From contig CM052817.1 of NCBI GenBank assembly GCA_028534125.1, forward strand, positions 63,118,001 through 63,182,000: a DNA stretch of 64,000 nt, written 5' to 3'. The translations under genes were made by a program, and so were the position numbers. The notes beneath the pieces were generated by a model. That model saw nothing but the letters and a program-made list of their open reading frames with translations. It was not told the DNA's origin and searched no databases. The stretch is from Lama glama (Eukaryota). How positions within the stretch are numbered: position 1 is the first letter of the stretch; every line of letters begins with the position of its first letter. This document shows positions 10,331 through 22,243 of this stretch, piece by piece.

Positions 10331-12949
10331 TAATGAGCTTTCCTTATTATTAAAGATGGGCAATATGTAGAATTTTTTAAAATTGCTAAGCACAAGCCAT
10401 ATTCACATCTTAGAATCACTAGACAGGTAATTTACAGTCCTTACATTTTTAGAGGCCATGTAAATTAAATGGTACTCTTTTTAATATTATTCTTGGATTA
10501 GTTTAAGGTGTTATCAGTTAAGCATTTCAAACTTACACAGAATGAACTGGAGAGAGGGAACATAACTGAGTAGAAAATCTGTTAAAAGTGTTGATGAAAT
10601 CTGTAACAAGTGTAGGCTCTGATAAAGTGTTTTAACAGAAATATTTTTAAGTCAAATTCTACAATTTGACATCTAGTCCATTTGTGTATTTTGAGGGATA
10701 TCTGGAGAATCTGCTCATGCCCTGTAAAGAGATAGATCCATGATACTGAGAAAAATAAATGTCTCTGATAGTTCTTCATGGATAAAATTTCTAAGTTATT
10801 TATGCCCTACAGCTGAGTTTTAAATTAATCACTCTGAGGCTATGATAGCCTTTATATATAACTCTTCAAGTAAAAGCTATATATATATAAATAAATAAAT
10901 ATTTAAATTGCTATTTAAATATATGTATATTCGAAATTGCTAGTTCTTTGCAAAAAGAAGTACTTTAAAAATAAGCAAAAAATTAAAAAATATATTTAAA
11001 AGCAAGCAAGATTAATTAGAGGATTGAAATAAAGAAATGAAGAAAGTTTAAATGTATTATCCTTTCAGCGAGACTATCTATACATTTTGTTATTCAGTGT
11101 TTAGAAAAACAGCACTTTGACTTTGGCGTTTGAAGAAACACTGTATGCACATGTTCATTTAAACAATGCTGTCTTATCAATATTGTTTAGGAAATTGAGA
11201 AAGTACTCTTTGCCATTGTCCCATTGGCAAGTTAGTGAATGAAATCAGATGCTGACCTGTGAATGGAAAGGTTACTACAAGATATGGGTATGTGTGTGCT
11301 TTGGAAAAGAAATAATATTGGAGATATTTACATGTAGGCATTGAATATTATTTGGTTCAAAATGCCTGTTTAATTTAAACAAATGTTATACTAGGCCTTG
11401 TGATACACGTTTTAAGGTGTCTTATTTTCCAAGTACTACTAAACTTTGTCAGATCCAGCAAGACAAATATGCAGATTCTCAGCAAAGTGAATAATGACTA
11501 AACTCCCCTCTGCTCCAGTCTGTGATTAGATCATAGGGAGACAGGAGACAGAAAGAATATGCCCTGATCTAGATAGAGCTGGTCTTATTCTTCTAGCCAA
11601 GCACCAAGAGGAGCATTCTCTAAGGGTACTTACTTATCCAGATAATCTTTTGAGGCTGGTTTGTTTTTGACAACACCCTCTACAGATGGAGAAACCTACC
11701 CATTCTATTAGGTCAAGTAACTCAGCCATGGTCAAGCTCTGGTTCAAAAAATATTACTAAGACCACATCTACATTCACTGTTAAACCCTTAACCAGTCCT
11801 TTCTATGTCCAGAGCCTGAGATTGAAGAATGAGGGTTGGGAAAGGATAGCATAAAATTGATGCTATTTCTATGCTTTCATTCTTTGTGAGCAGCCTTTTC
11901 TTTCAATTAGGACAATATTAAATTATCTCACCCTAATATCTCAAAACAATAATCTTTTGGTTGGCATTTCTACAACAGTGATGGTTAGCTCAAGAATAAC
12001 CATGATTTATAAGTGCCTCACTGTATTACAAGATATTTCTCTATAAAATTAACAATGATGTTTATGGTCAACTTAAGCTAAACAGTAGTAAGCAAGCAAA
12101 ATAAAAAGTTCAAGGTAAATCAATACTTTTGGTGTAACAGGAGTAGAAACAATCTGATGCATTTAGCCTAAGTATGTAAGGTTTACTAACAAGAACATTT
12201 GCTTAGTCTTTTCTATTAGGTTTTACTGCTACATTGATTGTGAAACTGTAATAAAACCTTGTTGAGACTTTATAACCAAATAAAATGTGCTGATAAATGA
12301 GTCATCTGACATATACTGCATAATAGGTGATGGAAACCACTTTTGAAAGACCTCAGCAAATATATCTAATCAATAAATAGACAGCTGTTTCCTAAACACT
12401 GCATTAGGCACGATTGTCACCATAAAAGCAGCAAATACATTCCACACAATCTGTAACACTGAGTTCATTTATAGAACTATCCCTAATACCTCAAGGAATA
12501 TAAGTTTCACGTGATGGTAGCAATAATAAAGGGGTTTATGATATTCAAGTAGTAAAAACATGTTTGATGATAGAGAGCAATTGAGTTAGGCCTTAATAAA
12601 GGATGAGAATCTGGAGTAGTAGAAAGGAGAAAAGAAAGGCATTAGATATACTATGTGCAAAGTCTGCAGACAGTTGACAGGCTGAGAGGAGATTATTACA
12701 GTTAAAACAATGACTTGGCCTAAAATTTCATTCACTACCTACCCAACATAACTCCCACATTTTTAAGACATTGGCTCAATGCATCACTATGTTTCTGTGG
12801 TACAAATCTACCTTTTGATTCCTCCATTTAAACATTTTTGATTCCTCTATTTAAACATGTAAGCATTTGAGTTGTGAAAATATTAGACTGATGGTTTGAT
12901 GAAGGGCATTAAAGGGGAAACAAACACAGAGGAGACTCTAGAGTGTAAG

Positions 12950-12952
<3 letters not shown>

Positions 12953-13006
<54 letters not shown>

Positions 13007-13010
13007 CGCG
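12953..13010. repeat. (TG)25 microsatellite ending in cgtgcgcg
   Basis: Directly visible; uninterrupted purine-pyrimidine alternation. Confidence 0.98.
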
Positions 13011-13045
13011 AGAACTGATGTTGAATCTTCTTTCCTTTTCTTCAG

Positions 13046-13162
13046 CCGGTATGAGCTGGGAGTTGTTCTTATCACGTCAACCACCAGAATGCTCGCCACT
13101 GCTTGAGCAGTGTCACTATAAAAAGGGAGTGACACTGTACAAACTCAAACCATCACAAAAAG
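13046..13162 (+). other. Candidate spliced exon (117 nt; host transcript unknown)
   Basis: Branch-like CTGAT (A at 13018), AG-free pyrimidine tract tcttctttccttttcttcag, and donor AAG|gtattt. One frame is open throughout (GMSWELFLSRQPPECSPLLEQCHYKKGVTLYKLKPSQK), but I do not recognise the peptide. Confidence 0.35.
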
Positions 13163-14699
13163 GTATTTTGATTATTGACTTTCATGTGAATTGCTTACAA
13201 TTTTATACCTAATTACTATGTTGTAGAATAATGATTATGTAGACCATTAAATGTTTCATTAACATTTTATGTCTTCTATTTGATTAGCGCAGGAAACTCT
13301 ACTCATGTGTGTTCTGTGTTCATAGTTTATTAAATGTACAACATGATTACCTGCCCACAGAGCTTGATTGCCCCTAGTCTAGACATAAGCATATTATAGA
13401 ATATAATGTATAGTGTTTTTTCTTTTATTTCCCTTTTTTGTCTTATGTTGGAGCAAAGGGATGGAACAAGACAGAGTTATCAGAAATTTCACATAAAATT
13501 AATACAGTAAAAATCAACTTAAAATTACCTTTTTAAAAAAATGAATACTTTGGGTATTGTGACAAATGTACGGAATGTTTTGGCATCTCGCCTCCAGGAC
13601 TTATTGGCACATAGCATGAGTACCAAGTGCCCTCGTTCTGGACTATACAGTTCAATTAGATTGAGTGTGTGTTAATTGGCAGCATATAATGTCACCATTT
13701 TATAATGGTGACAACAAACAGAAGCATATCTTTCTAAACAACATGAGGTAACCTAGGCTTGAGAACTATAACCTTATTCATTCTGTTTAACAAATCTAAA
13801 AGAACTCTATTTTATAGATAAGAACATTTCATACATGTGATGAATTACTGATTTCATATAATTGATTTGTGATGATAAACTCAAATTCAGGACTCAATAT
13901 CCCATCTTTATTTTTCATTAGTGTGACTACAAACATTGCCAAATATAAACCAACTTAACAGAATGACCTAAATTGAGATCAAATAATTAATTTTTTTAAT
14001 TAACAATTCAGTGGAGATTGTCCTTGAACCCTCAGCTTGTAAAACCTAGTTCTTGCTTACCCTTTGAATTTCCTAGTGGACTTCAAAACATGGATCTATA
14101 ACCCTCTGCTTATGCTAGTTGTTCTAAATTCCTTTTATTTCTCAGTTTTTCTGTCATTCTGCTTTTCTAGCTGGTTGATGCCCTTAGTCTCTCCACAATA
14201 GTTGTAGTATTTTTTTCTAATAGTTTCAGATCTCTGTGACCTTTCACTTTATTTAGGCAATCTCATTTGACTTATGTGAGAATTTATTCTCAATATTCCC
14301 TGTAGTTTGAGATGCTTCCCCCCTATTTTTGGCCTGGCTAGTTGTAGCAATGAAAGGAGAAAGTAGTTAATTTATTGCAACCCTAAGACATCTTTTCTTT
14401 CTTTACCATTGTCATAGACATGACAATGGTGTAAATTCCATTTGTTGCAAGGATATGAGAACAGTTTGCAAGTGATGAAGTACAGCACTTGAAATTTTAA
14501 AAAGTAATTACAAATATATATACACAAGTGCATTTTTGTCAGCTCTGTCATTCCTAAATAATACAAAAACATACTGAATTACCTCATGTTTAGGAAATAT
14601 AATCACAGGAAGATAAACAACAAAAACAGACTCTCCTTATACAATTTTAGGTAGTTAGCAGCTCATCATTAATACAGAAAAACGACGAAGTCTGATGAC

Positions 14700-15155
14700 T
14701 GTGATGGTTAATTTTATGTGTCAACTTGCTAGATCATGGTGACCAGTTGCTTGATTTTTCTGTAAAAGTATTTTTAAGATGTGGATAATATTTACAATCA
14801 GTTGACTTTGAGTAAAGCAAATTACCCTCCATAATGTGGGTAGGCCTCATCCAATAAGTTGAAGTGCTTAAGAGTAAAGACTGAGGTTTCCTGCAGTAGA
14901 AGGAATCTTGCTTCCAAATAGCAATATGAAAATTATCCCTGAGATTCCAGGCTTTGGATTCAAGACAGTAACATCAACTATTGCCTGAATCACCTATGAG
15001 CCAGTTTGCCCTATGGATTTTCGACCTGCCACCTACCAACCCTCACAATGGCATGAGCCAATTCCTTAAAATCAATCTCTCTCTGTTTCTGTCCCTGTCT
15101 CTCCCTTTATCCATCCTATTTCTTACTGGGTGTCTTTACAACTCTGACTAATAGA
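14700..15155 (+). mobile_element. MLT2 (MLT2C/D-like) ERVL solo LTR
   Basis: Begins tgtgatggttaattttatgtgtcaactt, contains gactttgagtaaagcaaattaccctccataatgtgggtaggcctcatccaat, and ends ctgactaataga. Degenerate 5-bp TSD atgac (14695-14699) / atggc (15156-15160). Confidence 0.9.
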
Positions 15156-15439
15156 ATGGCCATGAAAGAATCTTTCAAATTTTATCATAAAAAACAAACA
15201 GGAGTTACCCAGATCATAATTAGTCATAGTCAAAACATAAGATGTTTCCTCTCAAAAGGTTTCCCTCACTTATGATCAAATCATTTTCTGGACAGAAGTC
15301 CCTACCCCTGTATTTGTTACTTTACCCTAAAAGTTGATGATATATTGATAGAAGAGAAATCTTGTGATGTTTGCTTAATCTATGGTTTATTTTATTTTTC
15401 TGAAAATTCCCCTTCCATCCTGTAGAGTTAGACCACCTC

Positions 15440-15890
15440 TTATCGTGTTTGTACCACATGAAACCTACCTCTGGTCATTGCTGATTGGGCCAGAGATGGA
15501 CACTCCATTCAGGCTAGATTCACCATGTCTTTCTTTTTTAGGAATGTGCAGGTTGGTTTCAAAGTTTATAGCCTCTTCTTGGAAATGGAGAGAAAGCTGG
15601 TTTCAGAGAAAAAGGAGACAAGCATAAATCAAAATGTAATAAAAAGCAGAGACAACTTCTCAAGGCCCAGAACAAAAGAGAAACAAAATCCTAAAAATTA
15701 GTAATTTTTAATTGCAATTAATTTACTGAAAACAGAATCAATAACCAGTCAGTTCCTGAAGAAGTTTGGACACATGTCTTTCTTCAGATTTCGTGAAATA
15801 TCTCAGAAAGCTTATTCTAAATTCCTTTTTCGTCTTCATCCTACTTCTTTGTTTCCTTCTTCAAGCAAATCTGAGTGGCTTAATCAAAGA
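15440..15890 (+). mobile_element. Old MLT1-like (MaLR) LTR remnant
   Basis: ctggtcattgctgattgggccagagatggacac...caggctagattca resembles the old MLT1 internal motif; heavily diverged. Confidence 0.35.
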
Positions 15891-17498
15891 CCACAGATCA
15901 AAACAGACAACCAGTTCCCTTTTGATAAAATTAACTACTATTTTTATCATTTGCTGCCTTATATTTCCATTCTTAAGCATTTTGAAGAGATTAAGATCAA
16001 TACCTTAGCCTTTAATTCACTGTCACTTCATGAAACACATCATCATTTTTCCTAACAGCATTCAATGTATTATCTAATCCAAAAATCTCAGAGGACATCA
16101 AAACGTAGGTTTTGATTTTTATTGATCCTTTCACTTAAGATCTTAAGAACAAAGAATTTTTACAAATAAAGCTGTGAAAAGTCTGCAATTGATTATATTG
16201 TGAAATAGCTACAAATAGTCCAAAACACACTAACTGGAAAATGATTCATAATAATTAGTATAGAAAATTTATCAAGGAAAGAAATAAAGTGATTAGAATT
16301 TAAATTTGATAGCATTTGAGGTAGGAATTCCAGTGGGATAGATCAGTAAGTATTCCTTATCCAATCTTCTGGATCTAATCCAATATTATTCAATCCAAAA
16401 AAATACCTTTACAGTGGGCAACATAAGAGCACAGAAGGAGCAGACTAAGTATAGAGTTCCAGCTTGGCAGTTTTGGAGACCCATAAGTTTGTGAGATAGA
16501 AAGTCAATACCTTTAGCAATTGTCCAGCTTATCCATTGCTTCATTTAATCAAGAAACCACAGGTATAGTCCATCTGACAGTGACCTGGTCTTCCTCAAAA
16601 TAGAGATTTGAATCAGGAATACTTTAATCTCTTCTGTTTCCGATACCTGATTTTCTTTCATGACAGAAGTTTAGCATGAAAAGCAAAATCTTGACCCTTG
16701 GCCAGAAAATATTTTCCATCTCAGGAATGGGAGTAAAAAAGTATTTGTAAAGCCTACTATGTAAGAGATGTTTAAGAGTATCCATTTTACTATTTTAGAG
16801 AGGAAGTGATATAGTGACATTAATATATGCAAAAATTTAGGGATGAATACTTTTAGGTAATGAATTTGTCATTTCAGATTTGTGTGACAAAATTTTCAAT
16901 GAGTCAATCAGATCTGAATGTTTCTAAATAATCATTACACTGACGCCAGATGTATTTAGCTGATTAGTATATCAAAGTCTTTTTAAAATAATTCATAAAT
17001 CACTATTTCATAGGCTGAATCTATGAAGCAAAAATACAGGTGTATTTACCAAAAAAAGTGTCTCCTAAAGATGTTCCAGAATGTATGACCTTTGCTACTT
17101 GCTAATTTTTAAAATATTTTTATTTATAGGGTATATATCATCTAAATTTAAATAAAGATGTCCATGTAGTACACTTTCACTGAATAACAAGGTGTCCTTT
17201 ACTGATATGGATTTGATTATATATTTCTTTGTACTAAGGCAACAATGGCATCAAATATTTTCTATGCAACTCACAAGAGCTTTATATTATTTGATACTAA
17301 TGTAAATATTCTTATAAATCCTTATGAAGGAAGTCAGTCTCAAAAAAAATCATGGTCATATTATAGTGCCCTGTGGTTGAATTAAGGGCAGTGTTCAGTA
17401 CAATATAGCATCTACTGTGCAGATTTATCCAATACATCTCCTCCCATCCTTGTGGGCCAGTTTAGTGGTCTCAAAGAAGTCCTCAATTAAAAAGGAAA

Positions 17499-17592
17499 AG
17501 AAATTAGAGGGTAGTTCACATAACACTTTCTGTTGGATGCAAGGGTAGTAGAAATTAGAGGGTAGTTCACATAACAGTTTCTGTTGGACGCA
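17499..17592. repeat. 43-bp direct duplication with 8-bp spacer
   Basis: agaaattagagggtagttcacataaca(c/g)tttctgttgga(t/c)gca at 17499-17541 and 17550-17592. Confidence 0.95.
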
Positions 17593-18029
17593 TGCGCACA
17601 GACATGGAGAAGTGAATTCTCTTCAATGCATTGGTGTGGCATTGGCCATGCCTTAGGCAACTCTACATCATAAGTGGTGCTAGTGACAACAGTTGTGGTG
17701 GCATCAGGGTCTGATGACTTGGCTTCAGTGTAGGTGGTAGCAGTTAGGATTGCAGTCCCTCTGTTTTGTCTACAGCAAGTTTCTTTTCATTGAGTTTCCT
17801 TGGAAGCCTAGCACAGTTTTGGAACTTTCAGAGTGCTGCACTGCAGTGCTCTCACCACTCTGAAGGCAATAAAATCCAACATTGACTACAGGACCAGCAA
17901 GAGAAGGCAACTCAACAGACAGCCTCAGTGTCAGGAATGAAGGTTCTTCCATGAAGCTTGTGGAAAACATGGTCTTCTGAATAAACTTCAATCCTCAATT
18001 AGTGCACATCCTTTCACCTGCCACAGACT

Positions 18030-18255
18030 ACACACCACTTCCTCAGAGAAACCATCTCCAACCTCCCACATATGCTTCCATGGTGCTCTGTTATACTCCT
18101 TCAATGAACACATCACACTTTCACTTGTTTGATGTATCCCTCCTTTCCTAGTTCCTAACTGGTGCTAGAACATCTACCTGGCTTGTCTTGTTCCCTGCTC
18201 TATCCCCAGCGCCTGGCATATAACAGGGGCTAAAAACCTATTTGTTGAGTTAATA
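18030..18255 (+). mobile_element. L2 3'-end fragment
   Basis: cacttcctcagagaaacc...tgtcttgttccctgctctatccccagcgcctggcatataacagggg...atttgttgagttaa. Confidence 0.7.
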
Positions 18256-19265
18256 GAAAGAATACCTGGCTGGGCTAATTCCAGTGTCCCTAGAGGTCTT
18301 CCATATACAATGAGCAAACAAAGCCACTTTGAATATAACAGAATATTCTGTGGTACATAGATAGGGGCTGCACTTTAGCTCTTAATTAGCCAGGGACCTA
18401 GAAATTCCCTGGTTAGGAAGTTAAACTACGCCCTCAATCAGGGCTCAAACACATACGCATTCGTCTAGTGTTCTGACAGATACATGCCAACAGCGGTACC
18501 TGGATAAGACAATGGTAGGACTAGAGCAAGTTAGATGGTCGAGAGACCTAACATATCCATGAGATAAAAGCACCTTTAACTCAAATTTTCTCTGGGCCCT
18601 TCTGTATGTTGGCCTTATATAATGTCAGTTATACAAATTTCCCCCTAGATCTTCTTCATACCAAGAGAAAGGACCACAATCTTACCTACTTGTAACCCTC
18701 TAGAAAGGTTCATTTAAGTAGATAGAAGGAAGACATTCTCATACACAATCAGAGCTGCTTTTTTATCTTCTTTGGCCAAATCTCTTCTAGGCACTGATGC
18801 TATTTTGCCCTAAATTTCATAGTTTGTGTCAGATACTATGCTAGCCCCTCTGGAGTCAATAGTGAAGAAAACAAAACAAAACACATTTTCTGCCAAGGAA
18901 TTTGGTCTAGTAGAGCAGACAGTCATGAAAATGGGCCATTTTAAGCCTAACTGATAAGAACTGGGCTCAGAATAAGCACAGAGGACCCTAGGAGCAGAAA
19001 CAGGTCACTTAAAGTATTACCAGAGATGGATTCTCAGAGCAAGTGGCTTCTAGGTTGAGACCTGCAGAAGGAATAGCAGGAGGTTACAGGGTCTGTGCCG
19101 AGGGCAATGCCTGTGCAACGGTTTACACAGCACAGTGCATTAGAGAAACAGCGACTGTTCGGTACAGCTGATTTAGAGTGCAAGGTTAGAAGTGACAAAA
19201 AGGTGCAGGTGAGGGCAGGGATATAAACAAAGCCAAATCATGAGGGCCTCAGACGCTATGGTAAG

Positions 19266-19334
19266 TACCTTTAAAAATGGTTAAAGTGGTGAACTTTATG
19301 TTATGTATATTTTCCACAATAAACAAACAAAAAA
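19266..19334 (+). mobile_element. Short old-type L1 (L1MB/ME-like) terminal 3'-UTR piece
   Basis: ttaaaaatggttaaagtggtgaactttatgttatgtatattttccacaataaac followed by an A-rich tail. Confidence 0.75.
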
Positions 19335-19416
19335 CTCAGCTTCCTTTTCAACAGCTATGGTAAAATAAAATAAGCAGCTATAATAAAATAAAGAACTGTG
19401 TGGATCTGCCAGGAGG

Positions 19417-19463
19417 AAAAAAAAAAAAAAGAAGAAGAAGAAGAGGAAGCAGCAGCAGCAGCA
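19417..19463. repeat. Compound A14-(GAA)n-(GCA)n microsatellite
   Basis: Directly visible. Confidence 0.95.
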
Positions 19464-19779
19464 GCTATGGCAGGAGGTGGAACTTTGTCCTGAAAGTATT
19501 GGACAGCTATTCAGGGTTTTAAACTGGGAAGTGATGGCATCAGTTTTGCACTTTAGAATGACGCCTCTGACAGTGAAAAAGGAGCAGAGAATTGAACACT
19601 AAATGCAGAGAAACAAGTTTGGAAGCTCCTGCAACATTTTAATAATACCAATGGCAGATGAGAGTGGTCTGAATGCCAAAACATGGGACATGGCAAACTT
19701 GAAAGAGAAGTCTCAACAGCTGTCAATGAGTGGTTGATTTGATTTGATTTTGGGGGGCCTCACTTAGAGGGCATGGCTT

Positions 19780-20110
19780 TGCATTTGTAAGGATTGGCTT
19801 AGCAAGTCCACAGTGCGTAGGGTAGAACATCAGGAAGGGAAGATCATGAGGAGACTATAACTCCACAGGCATAACTGTTGTCCATAGACAGAATTGCCCC
19901 TGTTTCTCAGGAAAGCCTCAACTATGATTTTAAAACCATCCAACTGGTTAAGTCAGGCCCATCTAGCATAGTTACTTTGACTTAAAGTCAACTAATGAGA
20001 AACTTGAATTACATCTGCACAATTTCTTCATAGGATCATCTAGGTTACTATTTGACAAAGTAACTGGGGACTATAGCATAGCAAAGTTGACATGTCAAAA
20101 AGCCATCACA
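19780..20110 (-). mobile_element. MLT2E/F-like ERVL LTR
   Basis: Ends agttgacatgtcaaaaagccatcaca (reverse complement of the MLT2 start TGTGATGG...TGTCAACT). Contains caactggttaagtcaggccc and acttaaagtcaact. Confidence 0.75.
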
Positions 20111-20344
20111 CTTACCTGTTTAGAGAGGCCTTCCATAAACATAGTGTCTGTATCAGGACCCTACCAATCTTCTTATTCTCTATGCCCACAGCCTGTTGTA
20201 CTTTTCTCATAGCATACACTACAAACTGACATTATTTATTTGTTTGTTTATTTTATGATTCCTCCAGTAGCCCCAAGAAATCAGGGACTTTGTTTCATTC
20301 ACTACTCTGTTGTCACTTAAGATTTTGAAAATGAATGAATGAAT
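20111..20344 (+). mobile_element. L2a 3'-end fragment
   Basis: agagaggccttcc...tttctcatagcatacactac...cagggactttgtttcattcact ending in (TGAA)n. Confidence 0.7.
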
Positions 20345-22243
20345 TAACCAATAGAATGATCATTATAAATGCACCCAGAAAGGGGGATGGTCTTCAGAGT
20401 GTGATATAATTCTCTACTCAGAGCTCTGTTCACAGTGATTGGCAATGAGTATGGTTAGACTTTTCATAGGGAATTGTCAGAAGAGAGTATGAGGGTGCTG
20501 TAATCTACAACCAAAAGAGAGCAAGGACTAATCATGATCTATTTTATTTTAGTCTAAAATATTTTAAGTCTAGTTGATTTCTAATGCATGATCATTTGAC
20601 TTTGATCAGGATTTCTGACATCTGTTAATATTTTTTCTCTACAACTCAAATCTTAGCTTCTCTTCTGACTGTCAAAGAGTAGCTCCTATAGGCTCAGAAA
20701 TTAACAATGTAGCTTTCAGATAGAGAAATAGAAAAAAGAAAGGAAAGAAGGAAGGAGGGGAAGAAGGAAGAAGGAGTAGGGAAGGGGGGCTTAAACTAAT
20801 TCATGGTCAATTTCTTTTCTTTCTTTCTTTCTTTTTTTTTTTTTTTTGCTTAATTTTCCCTTTTGTTTCAATTGTCAGAATATAGTAAACCAAATTGCTA
20901 TTTATAATCATTATGTTTTTATTTCATATAAGTGTCTTTAAAAATATAAGCAACATTGTTATCAATGAATTTTACTTCTTTCAGTGTCCCATTAAAGGGA
21001 ATGTCCTGTGTAGTCAGAAAAGAGTGAGTTGGAGGCCACAGTACTAATTCAACTAATCTGTTCTTTATCCTGAGATTCTATTATGTGATAGGCACTAAGT
21101 AGGTGGTGTAAGGGGTACCAAAAATGGCCTCTGCTTTTCTGGATCTCATATTTATTATATGTATAAATCTTCCTTTTATTTTCCTCTGAATTTACTAAGC
21201 ACAAATTCCCTCTTTCATACATAAATTTGGTTTGAATTTACTTTAGATAGACAGAAAGATAGAAAGATAGATAGATTGATCGATCCCATTTAAAATACTT
21301 ATCCTTGCACAGGGGACCTATACAAACTACTGTTGATGTGAGTGATCAGGACATATAAAAACCAAAACCCAAAGCAAAACAAGCAATCAAATAAACAAAC
21401 AATTTCTGAGTCCCTTGAAAGGAAAAAAGCTGTGGGTGTACAGAAAGTAAATACTTCATCAACTAATTCTGTAGGTGGATTAATGAATGAACTATTCCCA
21501 GGGAGCAGTAAGTTGGGTCATTGCAAAGAGATAGTGTCTCAGACCACTAAAGGCACATTTAGAAAATAAAGCTGTTGTATATAAACTTTACCAGACAGGT
21601 TAGAAACCAAAGTGCTTCCCTATCTCACTCACCAGGAGACTCTGGCAGATTGAGAATTGTTCCAGAAGAAAGAGTATTAGGCAACAAATAGCTTCCTGAA
21701 TTATACCCAGTACAGGCAATTGAAGATGTTAAGAAAAATTCCTTTGAGACTATCAGTATACAAAGATCCTTAGCAGAGCAAAAGGCAGGGTTCCAGAATA
21801 AATGATTCTCAGTGGCTTAACACCTTGTATCAAATACCTGTTAAAAGAGAATTTCAAAGCTTGCATGAATGACTGCTCAAAGGCTTCTACTTGTTACTTT
21901 CTGGATGGGAGGTTCTCAGAGTTTTGTACTTGTTGCATACTTTCAAATATTTTTCCCTCAAGAGCAAAGTTTTCATAATGCTAATTTGGTATAACTTGGT
22001 CAACTAATTCTGAAGAATAATTATTAATTTCTATTATATAGAATGGGATAATAAAACTTATTCTATCCTGAAGTTCATAAGAAAAGACTGTTATGCAAAA
22101 AAAAAAATAGATGGAATCAAACATGGGGTCTCTCAGTGAGATTTATATTAACTAGTAACAGTTAAAAATAAAATTATCATTGACTCTTCCTGTGAATCAT
22201 TGGCTAGCCCATGTATGAAAGTAGCATTTCTCTACTATTAAGA

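Larger units (their letters stand above)
18820..19700 (-). mobile_element. L2 fragment, interrupted by an insertion at ~19266-19463
   Basis: tgtgtcagatactatgctag...ggtctagtagagcagacag...gccaaatcatgagggcct...ggaactttgtcctgaaagtattggacagctattcagggttttaaactgggaagtgatgg is collinear with antisense L2. Confidence 0.7.

Noticed and set aside
17430..17900. Possible LTR33/ERVL-like LTR remnant
   Set aside because: Composition is suggestive, but I could not identify termini or diagnostic motifs.
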